Positions 1 to 9,899 of a stretch of 42,550 bases of DNA are shown here, in pieces; within the stretch, counting starts at the first letter, position 1, and each line of letters begins with the position of its first letter. A program made the position numbers and the translations under genes. Origin of the DNA: a virus (taxonomy: Duplodnaviria > Caudoviricetes); the IMG/VR virus record IMGVR_UViG_3300024232_000025, positions 1 to 42,550 of that record; one strand, given 5' to 3'. Under the pieces are notes generated by a model. The model saw only the letters and a program-made list of their open reading frames with translations, was not told the origin of the DNA and made no database searches.

Positions 1-297
1 GAGCCTGAACAGTGTACCGTTAGCAGAAGCATCGGGGGTCTGGGTAGCCGCGTCCTCCGTCTCGCACACTGTATCACTGGTGACAGAGACGATGACAGTA
101 CGCAGCATTCCATTGTCATCAGTGCTGGGGTCGATAGGATCAGTGGCCCCAATGATCCAGATAGGAGAGCCCACGTCAGCCGCAGTGAAGTGCATCCTAC
201 CCGCGACATCCGTAACAGTAGTGCCCGACATCGTGCAAGTAGACACCACACCAATTCTCACTTGCGCTAAGTCGATCTGTGTCTTTGGCAGGCTCAT
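1..297 (-). CDS. tail protein downstream of tape measure (partial, runs off window start)
   Basis: ATG at 297 on the minus strand, open to the window edge (MSLPKTQIDLAQVRIGVVSTCTMSGTTVTDVAGR...). Position directly after the tape measure gene. Confidence 0.6.
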   Translation of the reverse strand, partial: MSLPKTQIDLAQVRIGVVSTCTMSGTTVTDVAGRMHFTAADVGSPIWIIGATDPIDPSTDDNGMLRTVIVSVTSDTVCETEDAATQTPDASANGTLFRL

Positions 298-323
298 AAT
301 GGCTCAAAGTGTAATTATTACGG

Positions 324-3300
324 TTATCGCGGCCAAGTGCCGGGACGGAAAGCGCCTGATCTCTTAGCCCTATCTATCCCTCTATTGAAGATAGCATCCA
401 CCTGGGTATCCGTAACCTCACCATTGAAGGTAGAGCCCCTCAGGTCCACATTGACACTTGCATCAGTGCCAAGGTTAAGACCGGCATCAGTGACTACATC
501 CGCAGGGCCACCGCCAGCCACAGCCAATTGAGGTTGCAGAGTGATTCCAGGCATACCGCCATGGCCAATAAGGGCGTCCAACTTCTCACAGATCTGCTGG
601 TAGTAGTTAGTGGCTACGCCCCAGTTCCAGGCCATGAAGTCTGTCAGAGTATTGCGGATAACATGGCTGTCATTCAGGAGAGAATCACCCTGTTCCACAA
701 GTCCAATCTTCAGGTAACGCGTGTAGTTCTCGATCAGATCGAGCGTCTTATTCATCCCGGCCATCTGGAAGTTGCCGATCACTCCCGAGATAGCCGATAC
801 CACACCGGATACCATGCCCACTATGCTCGTGATGCTGGTGCTTACAGCCTTAGCCGCCGTACCTGCTACATCCGCAGTGCTTTTAGCTGCTGTGGCCGCA
901 GCATTAGCGGCTACTGTCGAAGCCTGAGTAATGCTGGCCGCTTGCTGCCCAGCACCAGCCGCAGCCGTGGCCGCTGAAGTGCCAACCCCACCCAGACTGA
1001 ACACCTTGCCAAGGGTGCTGGCCACCCCAGGCAGGGATAGTATCTCATCCTTGAGGGTCTTGAGCACCCCGTGGATAACTGTCTTGAGCATCTCGACTTC
1101 GAAGTCGTGCATGATGCCGCGCCAGAATGCCCAGAATTTGCCACCAGCTAAGATAGCCTCACCCACCTTGTCACCAAACTCATTCCAGAGCTTGGATACA
1201 TTCTTCTCAGTCTCCTTGAAGACAATGCCAAGCTCATGCTGCTTGTCAATCAAGGCTTGCTCCTTGACCTTCAGCATCTCAAGAGCAATCATCTGAGCGC
1301 TGTTAGACTTGCCCATCAGAGTATCAAGCTCCATCTGAGCCTGCATACGGCGGATGATCCTGTCAGTCACCGATACAATGCCACCACCATACTCACGCTC
1401 AAATTGGATCTTGTTCTGAAGTTGGCGGATCTCCTCTTCCCCACCATGGAGAATCTGAATCTGAGTCTTGAGAGAGCGTGCGGCCCTACGATCGGCCAAG
1501 TCAGCAAGCTGATTCTCCAGTGCCTCTTTCTTGGAGTAGTACTGGTTATCATTGCCACCCTTCTTGATGAGGATGTTTAGCTCTCGCTGGACTGCCTTCT
1601 CCTGGATATCGGCAATCTGATCATCGAGATCCTGTTCCAGCTTCAAGCGTTGGCTGGCGCTAATGGCCCCGATGCTTTCCTGGTATGCAATCTTCTGACG
1701 CTCAAGCTCTATCAGATTAGTCTGATGCTTGGCCTCCCCAGCCTCTTCAATCTGGATGGCCTTGAGCTTGTCATCGGTGATCTCTTGATTGCGCTTTGCC
1801 TCTTCCTTGTCGAAGTCAGCAAGCCCCGCAGTCAGGTTTTTCTGATACTCGTCATAGATCTTCTGCTGTTCTTTGAGAGACTTGGCCTCGCGGTTCTCCC
1901 TGTCAAAGGTGGCCTTCTGATCCGCCGCAGCCCTGCGAGAATTGGCAGCAGACATCTGGGCCTCAACCGTGGCCTCATACACTGAGGACTTCTTGGTTGT
2001 CTCAAGTGCAAGCTTCTTTAGCTCGTAGTTCTCCTGAATCTTGAGAAGCTTCTCGTTCTGTGCCAGCAGTTGGGCCTCAGCATCCTCAGCGCTGATCTTG
2101 TGGAGATTCTCCTCGTGCTTGATAGATTCAATCTCCATCTGCACCAGTGCCTCCTCTGCCTTCTTGGCAGACTCAAGCCGGATCTCCTGGATGCGGTTAC
2201 GCTCCTGTGCAGCACGTTCAGCCGCCGCCTTGCGCTTAGAGTCCGCGTCAGGATCTTCTACACTACCACTGCCCTTGAATCCCATCGCAGGGGCAGGAGG
2301 GGGCTTAGGTGGTGCTGGAGGAGTGCGCTGCCCTGTGAAGTACTTGTATGCAGCTTCGGCCAGAGCGATATAGCCCTGACTCAGATCGTGAACCGTGACA
2401 ATGGTATCCGCTATGACACCAGCAGACGCTTTGGCAGCGGGGGCAAGCACAGTGCCCATATCAATAGCTGCCAGTCTCGCAGCCTCACCCAGCTTATTAA
2501 ACTCCGTCTTGGCCGAGTCCATGCGGATATCGGCTACCTTCTGAGTGGTGCCAGCCGCATTCTTTAGCTGAGTCTCATAGTCCTTTAGAGTGCTGGACAT
2601 CCCCAGCAAAGCCTGAATGGACTGGTTAGTGCGGCTATTGAGATGCAACAGAGCTAGATCGTGCTGGATAGTCTCAGTGGACGCGCCATTGAACAGAGTC
2701 TCAAGCTCTCCCAGGATGACTGAGAAGTCCTTCATCGTGCCCGTGGAATCGTACAAGAGTTCCTTGTACTTCATCTGGTGGCCGTTAAGGGTGATTAGAA
2801 CGTCTTGGTACTTCTCGGCCTCACGGGGCAAGTCACGCAGGATCTGGATAAGCGCTGTCTGCTGCTGAGCCGCAGGGATGCCAGCCTTGGCCATAGTCGC
2901 CAAGATTGCCAAGCCTTCCTCAGCGGACTTACCAAGAATCTGGATAGCGCCCGCACCTTTGCCAGCGAGAGCCTTGGCGAACTGCTCACCTGTGCCCTGC
3001 GCAATCGTATCGGCCTTGAGCAACAGGTCAGAGATATGCTCGATGGACCCGCCAGAGCCCTTGAGAGCATTGAACACACTAGTGAGAGTCTCAGCCGCAG
3101 TGCTCACCTTCATGATGCCGTCAGCACTCGCAGTAAAGGCGAACTGCACTACAGCGGGCATGTCCTTGAGCGCTTCCTCTGTGGTTCTGCCCGCAGACTC
3201 CAGAGTGTAGAAGGCGTGTGCAATCTCAACAGAAGAGATGCCGTAAGCGACAGACAGGTCTTTAGCCGTCTTGATCATCTGAGTCTTTTGGAACTCAGTG

Positions 3301-4211
3301 ACATCCTTCATGATCGAGAGGGACTTGTTAATGGCGTCATCAAACTCTGCGAACTGCTTAACTGCCTCATAGCCTACAAAGGCAGCAGCCGCTCCCGCAA
3401 TAAGTCCACTAGCGCCAGTGCCAATCGTGGGGTTGAGTCCACTTGTGCCCGCACGCAACCCCATACGGACAGGGATAGAGTCTGCCGCCTGAGCTTCCTT
3501 GACTATTGCAGCAGCCCTAACCTCGGCCTCAGCATATTGGTTGGCCAGTTTGATGCGCTCAGCTACAGCAGCAGCCTGAGCCTCAGTCTGCATGGCTTCT
3601 GCTCGGGCCGTGCCGATTGCTATCTGATTAGCGAGAGCAATACGGGCATCTGCTATCTCGGCTTCCATGGCCAGAGCACGGGCCTCACCCTCAGCAACCA
3701 AGTTAGCCGCTGCCACCCGCTCATCTGCGAACTGCTTATTGAGAGCGGCTGCACGAGCCTCACCTACCGCGATCTGGTTAAGCTGTGCAATCTTCTTGTT
3801 GGCGATCTCCTGCTCAATTGCAGCAGCTTGGATCTCACCCTGAACCTCTTGATGCGCCCTGATCTTGACATCGAGAGCGGCTTGCTCAGCCCTGATCAAC
3901 TGCTCAAGAGCGCTCTTCTCTGCCGCCAGTGCCGACACCTGAGCCGCTGTTAACTGGGTTGCATTACCCGTAGAGACACCCAAGCTCTGGAGTGCCGCTT
4001 GATATGCAGTGGTGGCCTCAGTGCCCTGAGTGAGAGAAGTGATTACTTGCTGGTAGCGTGACTGGAGAGCACCCAAAGACAGGGACATGTCAGCCCCGGC
4101 CTCTTTGATCATCGCTTTAGATTCAGCGAGAGAAGCACTCAGCGGGCCTACATCAAGCCCTAGTGTTGCAAAGAGATCAGCGACAGAACCAGTGATGCTA
4201 GGGCTTGGCAT
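324..4211 (-). CDS. tail tape measure protein
   Basis: 1295 aa, Ala-rich and helical, with a TP901-like core (AEFDDAINKSLSIM...EIAHAFYTLESAG) and coiled-coil stretches. Follows the tail tube and chaperone genes. Confidence 0.93.
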   Translation of the reverse strand: MPSPSITGSVADLFATLGLDVGPLSASLAESKAMIKEAGADMSLSLGALQSRYQQVITSLTQGTEATTAYQAALQSLGVSTGNATQLTAAQVSALAAEKSALEQLIRAEQAALDVKIRAHQEVQGEIQAAAIEQEIANKKIAQLNQIAVGEARAAALNKQFADERVAAANLVAEGEARALAMEAEIADARIALANQIAIGTARAEAMQTEAQAAAVAERIKLANQYAEAEVRAAAIVKEAQAADSIPVRMGLRAGTSGLNPTIGTGASGLIAGAAAAFVGYEAVKQFAEFDDAINKSLSIMKDVTEFQKTQMIKTAKDLSVAYGISSVEIAHAFYTLESAGRTTEEALKDMPAVVQFAFTASADGIMKVSTAAETLTSVFNALKGSGGSIEHISDLLLKADTIAQGTGEQFAKALAGKGAGAIQILGKSAEEGLAILATMAKAGIPAAQQQTALIQILRDLPREAEKYQDVLITLNGHQMKYKELLYDSTGTMKDFSVILGELETLFNGASTETIQHDLALLHLNSRTNQSIQALLGMSSTLKDYETQLKNAAGTTQKVADIRMDSAKTEFNKLGEAARLAAIDMGTVLAPAAKASAGVIADTIVTVHDLSQGYIALAEAAYKYFTGQRTPPAPPKPPPAPAMGFKGSGSVEDPDADSKRKAAAERAAQERNRIQEIRLESAKKAEEALVQMEIESIKHEENLHKISAEDAEAQLLAQNEKLLKIQENYELKKLALETTKKSSVYEATVEAQMSAANSRRAAADQKATFDRENREAKSLKEQQKIYDEYQKNLTAGLADFDKEEAKRNQEITDDKLKAIQIEEAGEAKHQTNLIELERQKIAYQESIGAISASQRLKLEQDLDDQIADIQEKAVQRELNILIKKGGNDNQYYSKKEALENQLADLADRRAARSLKTQIQILHGGEEEIRQLQNKIQFEREYGGGIVSVTDRIIRRMQAQMELDTLMGKSNSAQMIALEMLKVKEQALIDKQHELGIVFKETEKNVSKLWNEFGDKVGEAILAGGKFWAFWRGIMHDFEVEMLKTVIHGVLKTLKDEILSLPGVASTLGKVFSLGGVGTSAATAAAGAGQQAASITQASTVAANAAATAAKSTADVAGTAAKAVSTSITSIVGMVSGVVSAISGVIGNFQMAGMNKTLDLIENYTRYLKIGLVEQGDSLLNDSHVIRNTLTDFMAWNWGVATNYYQQICEKLDALIGHGGMPGITLQPQLAVAGGGPADVVTDAGLNLGTDASVNVDLRGSTFNGEVTDTQVDAIFNRGIDRAKRSGAFRPGTWPR

Positions 4212-4551
4212 ATATCTTCCTCTTCTTTATTTTACGGGCTTTATTGGCTGTCACACCCTTAAGAGCCTGCTTCAATTCCTTCCAGTTTCCGCCAGCCCCT
4301 CTATCGGGATCAGGTGTAATTATTACGGTTTTCTTCTGCGGCGGGTACTGCTGGAGCAATAGGTCTTCAGCCGTGAACGCCTTGTCACTGGTATTGGTAC
4401 GGCCTCGGTTAAGTTGATAGGACGCAGATTGAGCGACAAAGAAGTCCCTTGTTCTATCCCAGGTAAGCACCCTAACACGATAAAGGGCTGTGACCCGCGC
4501 TAGGGTTGACTTGTCAAACTCCTCAGAAGTCAGCCCCAAACACCGAGCCAC
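4198..4551 (-). CDS. tail assembly chaperone C-terminal extension (gpT-like, probably expressed by -1 frameshift)
   Basis: Lies between the chaperone and tape measure genes. Its frame is -1 relative to the upstream chaperone and stays open back to about 4596 (SWLQYWAVARCLGLTSEEFDKSTL). Confidence 0.75.
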   Translation of the reverse strand: MARCLGLTSEEFDKSTLARVTALYRVRVLTWDRTRDFFVAQSASYQLNRGRTNTSDKAFTAEDLLLQQYPPQKKTVIITPDPDRGAGGNWKELKQALKGVTANKARKIKKRKIYAKP

Positions 4552-4583
4552 AGCCCAGTACTGTAACCACGATTTGTTTGAGG

Positions 4584-5006
4584 CTAAGAAGGGTCCTCAG
4601 CCTCTGTGGGTAGCGGGGGACGTGCACCTTCGATCTGCACATCCGACATGTCGGGCAAGAAGAGATCAAGCGCAACCTTGAGCCGCTCCAGAATGTAACC
4701 GTAGTGGCGATAGGTGAACAGCTTGTCAACATCGTCCTGGGTAAGCTCAGGGTGATGCTCCTTCAAGGCCCAGTACAGCGTGGCTCCCATCAGTTCAGGG
4801 CTCTGCATTTCCTTGAGCCCGAACCCGATAGCCAAGAGATTATGCCCAGTATCCTTGTAGATCCCCTTTACCGCGTAGTTATTAAGCTCCATGGTAAAGG
4901 TCTTGCCCTTCAGGGTAATAGTCGTCAGAGGGTCAAGCTGGAACGTCTCCTCGATGCGCTTCTTGCGAAGCTCCTGGGCCTCTTCAATGCTGATCACCTT
5001 CACCAT
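4584..5006 (-). CDS. tail assembly chaperone (gpG-like)
   Basis: 140 aa, directly after the tail tube gene, ending ...EAEDPS. Confidence 0.75.
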   Translation of the reverse strand: MVKVISIEEAQELRKKRIEETFQLDPLTTITLKGKTFTMELNNYAVKGIYKDTGHNLLAIGFGLKEMQSPELMGATLYWALKEHHPELTQDDVDKLFTYRHYGYILERLKVALDLFLPDMSDVQIEGARPPLPTEAEDPS

Positions 5007-5010
5007 AGGC

Positions 5011-5436
5011 TTAGCTCCACTGCGGCTGGCCAGTCACCTTGAGGGTACCGGACGCCATCAGGATCGTCCCAATGTCGGCCTTGGGGGCAATGGTCTGAAT
5101 ATAGGTGGCGTAGTCCACCGTGTTATCCGAGTCATCGGGGAAGATCGTCTCGAAGTTGGTAAGCGTACGCGCGTAGCTGTTGGTCCGCAAGTCGATGTGA
5201 ATCTGATTGCTGGGCCTCCAGTTGCAGTCGAACGCCACATTGTCACCGTCAGCCAAGCCAGGGATGAACTCCCTGAAGAAGCCCTCGGAATCGTGACTGG
5301 TCGCATCCAGCAAGTCAAACTTGATGGACGGGCCAGACAGTTTGGTAACTTCTGGGACGGTGGTGAACTCTTCGGGAGAAGCCCCATCACCCATCTTCAG
5401 AAGCGTGCCGTTTGCGATAATCGCGATTGTTGCCAT
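5011..5436 (-). CDS. major tail tube protein
   Basis: GTLLKMGDGASPEEFTTVPEV...DATSHDSEGFFREFIPGLADG...TLKVTGQP matches the pattern of lambda/HK97-like tail tube proteins. GAAGGAG RBS. Confidence 0.88.
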   Translation of the reverse strand: MATIAIIANGTLLKMGDGASPEEFTTVPEVTKLSGPSIKFDLLDATSHDSEGFFREFIPGLADGDNVAFDCNWRPSNQIHIDLRTNSYARTLTNFETIFPDDSDNTVDYATYIQTIAPKADIGTILMASGTLKVTGQPQWS

Positions 5437-5448
5437 TGTGTTACTCCT

Positions 5449-5688
5449 TCAGTAAGAGGGATCATCGTACTGTCTGACTTCGCCCTCTGGAATCGGATTC
5501 TGTCCTGGGAAAGCCCAAGGGTGATTGTCCTCCGCTTGATGCTTCTCCATCTTAGCAAGCCACAGTGTTGAGTACTGACAGTAAATGCACTTGTAGTTCT
5601 TAAGTGCTTTCCACTTGCCAATCGAGTAGCCCCTCAGTTTGTCAAGCTCGTCCTGAGTGGGCTCAACTATTAGCTTTTGGTCCGACAT
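5449..5688 (-). CDS. small C2H2 zinc-finger-like protein
   Basis: YKCIYCQYSTLWLAKMEKHQAEDNH motif. In-operon position. Confidence 0.6.
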   Translation of the reverse strand: MSDQKLIVEPTQDELDKLRGYSIGKWKALKNYKCIYCQYSTLWLAKMEKHQAEDNHPWAFPGQNPIPEGEVRQYDDPSY

Positions 5689-6715
5689 ACCATTCCGCCT
5701 TAGGTAACTGCTGCCCTTCCAATAACTTAAGTATACCAGTGTCCAGCCCCCGCTTCTTCCACTTCTGTATCAGGTAGAGCTTACGGGAGACGAACATCTT
5801 GTCCAGGTCAATGCCCATGGCCTTAAGCTCAGGCCAAGACGAGTGGAGAGCGCGGTGCAGGTACCGCATCCCGCCAAAATAGCGGTTTTTGTAGCCTGCT
5901 TCTACAAGCTGGTAGTGGAGATCATCATCCTCATAACCCCAGCCCAGCCCGCCGAATGGCCCATCCTCATCGAAGCGTACGCCTTTCTGGAACATCTCAC
6001 AGCGGAACAGGCCGTACTGAGTCCAGGCGCACCGGATATCATTGCGGGTGCGCGACTCTGGGATCTCTACAAGATTGTGGGCACACTCCTCTCTCTTCTC
6101 CGAGAAGTTAGCAGAGTAGGCACCGATGACGCCTACGTCCCAGTGGCACTCCAGATAGCGAGTCATGGTATAGGCCGACAGAGGAACTATCTCGATGTCG
6201 CCGTCCATGAGCATCAGGTACTTGGAGCCCACCACTTTGACCGCAAAGTCGATGATGGCGTTACGCGCCTTGCATATCCCCTGATTGGTATTGAACCTAC
6301 CCAGATGGACATTGGATGGTAGAGTCTCACCGAACAAGCCCCGGATAGCTTCCCACGTGCCATCAGTAGACCCGTTGTCCATGATGCAGATATAGGGTAC
6401 AAGGCCGAGCTTGATAAGCCTGTTGGACTCTTCCACCAGTGCCATGACCCCCTCAACACTGATGTCTCGTGTGTTCCAGCACAAGTAGCCAAGTGTAATT
6501 ATTACGGTTTTTGGGGCATCCCCGTTCTGACTGTCCATGTACTTCTGGATATCCCCCTTGTATTCAGTGGTGATGCCATGCCCCTTGGCCTTGCAATGCT
6601 CCAACATCTTGACAATACAGCCCGCTCCAAGAGTGTCATAGGCACAGTCCACACACATACAGTGAGTCAGGCCCTTCCTCTGGCTTGTGTTCCAGGTGTA
6701 TTCTAGCTGCCCCAT
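5663..6715 (-). CDS. family 2 (GT-A) glycosyltransferase with N-terminal Cys/His module
   Basis: ICIMDNGSTDGT, NQGICKARN, LMDGD (DxD) and GWGYEDDD motifs. Confidence 0.88.
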   Translation of the reverse strand: MGQLEYTWNTSQRKGLTHCMCVDCAYDTLGAGCIVKMLEHCKAKGHGITTEYKGDIQKYMDSQNGDAPKTVIITLGYLCWNTRDISVEGVMALVEESNRLIKLGLVPYICIMDNGSTDGTWEAIRGLFGETLPSNVHLGRFNTNQGICKARNAIIDFAVKVVGSKYLMLMDGDIEIVPLSAYTMTRYLECHWDVGVIGAYSANFSEKREECAHNLVEIPESRTRNDIRCAWTQYGLFRCEMFQKGVRFDEDGPFGGLGWGYEDDDLHYQLVEAGYKNRYFGGMRYLHRALHSSWPELKAMGIDLDKMFVSRKLYLIQKWKKRGLDTGILKLLEGQQLPKAEWYVGPKANS

Positions 6716-7086
6716 GCGATAGACACCCTCGTAACTCCTTGATGTAGGGAGCGGACGCCATCATGTAGCATGGAGTCCACAACCGGATTGACGCCTTGAA
6801 TGAACCTGGAACCTGCTGTGCCACTGAAGCCGCACAGGTACGCCTTGGCTGAGTCGCGCATGGTGCCAGCAGACTCAAAGTCCTTGGCCCACACGTTCAC
6901 CTGGATGACAGTGAACTGCACACCGCTCAACCCCTGCAAGCTCTCCACTTCCTTGACAGTGATCTCCTGCACTGTGACATAGGGGAAGGCGGCAGAAGGG
7001 GGCAGCGGGACAGGCGAGATTCCACCCAAGCTAGATGTGAAGTGGTTTTTGAGTAGCTGTATCACCTCTGCGACAAAAGTGTTCAC
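6703..7086 (-). CDS. tail terminator / tail completion protein (DUF3168-like)
   Basis: P...PPSAAFPYVTVQEIT...IQVNVWAKD pattern and synteny. GTG start. Confidence 0.75.
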   Translation of the reverse strand: MNTFVAEVIQLLKNHFTSSLGGISPVPLPPSAAFPYVTVQEITVKEVESLQGLSGVQFTVIQVNVWAKDFESAGTMRDSAKAYLCGFSGTAGSRFIQGVNPVVDSMLHDGVRSLHQGVTRVSIAWGS

Positions 7087-7538
7087 GCCAGCAGCCCCCT
7101 GATTAGTGCGGCTACTCCAGCATGGACATCAGCCCTTATCTGACGGTCATTGCCGAAGATTGCATTACTGATAGCCCCCTGCCCTCTGCCTGTCGGAGAG
7201 CCATTGAATTCGATATAGGGGGCATAATCCTTGCGGGAGACATTGCGGGGATCTGCTATCAGCTTCTCACCGCCCACTTGTAGCACGGCCCTAGCATGAG
7301 TTGGGCCTATCTCGGAAACAACAGTCTCCATCGTAGAGATGCTAGCACCCGTGAGAATGGGCCACTCACTCTTAGCATCCGCAAGTGCAGGCTGTAAAGC
7401 CTCAAGAAGTATCTCCGCAATTGCCTCTCCTGTCACCCCTGCCTGTAGCTTGGACAGGCCAAAGGTATTCACCTGCATCCCAACTGTAGTGCCGGGTTCG
7501 CGGGACCTTCGACCTGTGGTTACTCGTACCTGTGCCAT
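7083..7538 (-). CDS. neck / tail completion protein (HK97 gp10-like)
   Basis: AKSEWPILTG and YAPYIEF motifs, plus synteny. Confidence 0.65.
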   Translation of the reverse strand: MAQVRVTTGRRSREPGTTVGMQVNTFGLSKLQAGVTGEAIAEILLEALQPALADAKSEWPILTGASISTMETVVSEIGPTHARAVLQVGGEKLIADPRNVSRKDYAPYIEFNGSPTGRGQGAISNAIFGNDRQIRADVHAGVAALIRGLLA

Positions 7539-7918
7539 TAGGGGGCTATTAACTCCAGATGAAGTCTGGTGCTGAAGTGGGAGCCGTCATGTTCAACGCC
7601 CACGATCTTGAAGTTGATACCGTCGATGAGAGCATACATGTCATTGACGATTGTCGGCTGATAGCTGTTCAGCTTCAGATTCCGCCGATTGAGATTCTCG
7701 GTCACAGCCTGATCACGGATCTGCGTATCATCAGGGCGCAGGGTGATAAACGGGGCCATACGACACTCCAGGTCAACCATAAGAGGCACAGGAGTGTAGC
7801 CTGTAATCACAGGTTGATTGGCCGCATTCAACGTAGTAGTGGCCGCGCGGATTGTGCACCGCGACGGCCACACTTCGGGTATTGCGATTCGAAGACGGGA
7901 GTCAATTATCTGTCTCAT
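7538..7918 (-). CDS. head closure / head-tail joining protein
   Basis: ATG at 7918 overlaps the upstream stop. C-terminal IDGINFKIVGVEHD pattern and synteny. Confidence 0.6.
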   Translation of the reverse strand: MRQIIDSRLRIAIPEVWPSRCTIRAATTTLNAANQPVITGYTPVPLMVDLECRMAPFITLRPDDTQIRDQAVTENLNRRNLKLNSYQPTIVNDMYALIDGINFKIVGVEHDGSHFSTRLHLELIAP

Positions 7919-8481
7919 GTGCTGGTTCGCTCCCAATCCTTCCAGATCTTCTCGCACCAGCTAGGACGGTCGTAGACCATCTCAACCATGTCAAACACGT
8001 TCTCCTCAAGCACTAAGTCACGCATAGCCTTAGCTGCCGCCCGCATCTCCTTGGCCATCGCGGGGCCGTCCGTCTGGAGATCGAGGATCTTGATCTTCTT
8101 AAGGATCAGGATCATGTTGACTGCCATAGCGTCTAGGCAATCGGCTGCAATGACTTTGGCATCGGCAATGTTACCGTCACTGTCGGTATTCACGTCGATG
8201 ATGTTTTGAATGGTCGAATCGAGAAGGATCACTTGGTCATACTGGAATGTGTAGTTTCCAGACGAAGCACCAGCGCCAAGTGTGATACGACCATTCTGAG
8301 GATCGGTGAGGGTAAATGCAGGAGCCGAGCCGCTTGGAGGTGTAATTATTACGGTTCCATCGACTACGGGGAAGTACACGGTCTGGAACGTCAGTTGCCC
8401 CGCTACCGCTACGATGACATCGCTATGGTACAGGGGCTGGTCCTGGATCAAGGATCGGATTTGGTCAATGAGAGACATCAC
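7915..8481 (-). CDS. head-tail adaptor protein
   Basis: IDQIRSLIQD...AADCLDAMA...LDLQTDGPAMAKEMRAAAKAMR pattern. First long gene after the capsid gene. Confidence 0.6.
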   Translation of the reverse strand: MMSLIDQIRSLIQDQPLYHSDVIVAVAGQLTFQTVYFPVVDGTVIITPPSGSAPAFTLTDPQNGRITLGAGASSGNYTFQYDQVILLDSTIQNIIDVNTDSDGNIADAKVIAADCLDAMAVNMILILKKIKILDLQTDGPAMAKEMRAAAKAMRDLVLEENVFDMVEMVYDRPSWCEKIWKDWERTST

Positions 8482-8681
8482 TTTTTCCGTTGGGCCACTG
8501 GTTCTTTAACGCGAACATCATCCAAGGTACGCATGTCAGGGGGTTTGGGCTGGGTGCTGGCCACCACTACATCCTTGATTTCGGTCAGCACCTTTACCAC
8601 ATTACGCAGTTCTTCTACCGCCGCTGCCATGAAGTGGTCTGACACCGTTTCGGGTGCCAGACCACGGTCAGGAGAAGCCAA
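8478..8681 (-). CDS. hypothetical protein
   Basis: Short ORF filling the gap between capsid and adaptor genes. Start uncertain. Confidence 0.5.
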   Translation of the reverse strand: MASPDRGLAPETVSDHFMAAAVEELRNVVKVLTEIKDVVVASTQPKPPDMRTLDDVRVKEPVAQRKK

Positions 8682-8683
8682 GT

Positions 8684-9889
8684 TTAAGAGGCTCCGAAAG
8701 ACGCGACCGCAGCCTTGGGGTCCACCTGAGTGGCGCCAAAGATGTGCCGGATCTTGTAGTTAATGCCGTCATTGTCGAAGTTGCCTTCGGCGACAGACGA
8801 TACGCCACCGCCCAGCATCATGGCATCGGGGTCCTTCACGAACAACTGAGGACTGCGACGGCCACGCATGAAGGCAAAGACGAAAGCGGGACGACGGCTA
8901 ACGTCGTTGGGATTGGAGATAAGGAACCACGGATTGGTTGCGCAGGAACTGGCCACATACGGGATGTACGGGTTGACTTCCAGCTTGAGCTTGGCCTTCA
9001 TCCAGTTATCCGTATACAGGAACTGGTCCGAATCGCCGCCGCCGGAAGCAGCATTGATACGGAGTTGGCTTGCGCCCAGGATGTTACGGGCCGTGATCTC
9101 GTCGTTGGGAGTGACCAATAACGTGGCCGCGTCCACCATGATGGGCTGACCCTCAGTGTCCGTCTGAGCCGCCAAGACCTTGAACGCAGCTTGCAGGTTC
9201 TTGATCGTAAGCGGACCAGTAGTCAGATTGGCGTTACCACTGGAGAAGAACGTGGCATCGGGGCCGTTCACATCGCAGAGCTTGGTGGTAGCCAAGTACT
9301 CTTCGGAACGGCGGGCACCAACACCCATGAGCACGGGACGGTCATTGAAGGCGTTGAGATCGTCCTGGATGATCATCTCGAACGAAATGCCATACCGCTG
9401 GCCGTACTTGAGTACGGACACCGAGTAGTGGCCTTCCGTGAAGGCAATCTCCGGATAGGGCTCATGTTCCTTCACCTGAGGCAGGATACCCTGCCCGCCG
9501 TCGATGGTGTACAGGTTGAGGGCGCGGAAGTCCTTCACGTCCACAACACGCATCCACGACGGATAGGTGACGGGCCAGGGCATGTAATTGCCCAGGAGTT
9601 GGCGGTACAGCAAATCCCCGAACAACAGCGGGAAGTCGTCCGTACCCATGGCCTCTTGCAGGTGGTACTCGGGCACGCGGCCCTCTTTCACCCCTGCGAT
9701 CAATTCGGCCAGCATCATGCAATGCCGCATCCCCTCTTTCGAGCGAAGGCGCACCACACGGTCAGACCGAGACATGCCAGCGTGCTCATTAACGGTGGCA
9801 TCCTTACCAGTGACAGGGACGATACTGAAGGAGCTACGCAGCTTCGCAACGTCCGATGCCACCATCTTCATCTTGTCGGCAAAAAGCAT
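8684..9889 (-). CDS. major capsid protein (Mu gpT-like, HK97 fold)
   Basis: 401 aa with TDDFPLLF, VKDFR, KYGQRYGISFEMIIQDDLNAF and DGINYKIRHIFG motifs. AGGAG RBS. Confidence 0.9.
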   Translation of the reverse strand: MLFADKMKMVASDVAKLRSSFSIVPVTGKDATVNEHAGMSRSDRVVRLRSKEGMRHCMMLAELIAGVKEGRVPEYHLQEAMGTDDFPLLFGDLLYRQLLGNYMPWPVTYPSWMRVVDVKDFRALNLYTIDGGQGILPQVKEHEPYPEIAFTEGHYSVSVLKYGQRYGISFEMIIQDDLNAFNDRPVLMGVGARRSEEYLATTKLCDVNGPDATFFSSGNANLTTGPLTIKNLQAAFKVLAAQTDTEGQPIMVDAATLLVTPNDEITARNILGASQLRINAASGGGDSDQFLYTDNWMKAKLKLEVNPYIPYVASSCATNPWFLISNPNDVSRRPAFVFAFMRGRRSPQLFVKDPDAMMLGGGVSSVAEGNFDNDGINYKIRHIFGATQVDPKAAVASFGAS

Positions 9890-9899
9890 TGTAGTCTCC

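Noticed and set aside
3480-3800. Roughly 22-aa repeats (IALANQIAxGEARA) in the tape measure protein
   Set aside because: Helical repeats are normal in tape measure proteins.
2805-3953. Long plus-strand ORF (382 aa) and similar antisense ORFs such as 25434-26399 and 9191-9925
   Set aside because: They are shadows of well-supported opposite-strand genes, with no RBS or recognisable motifs.
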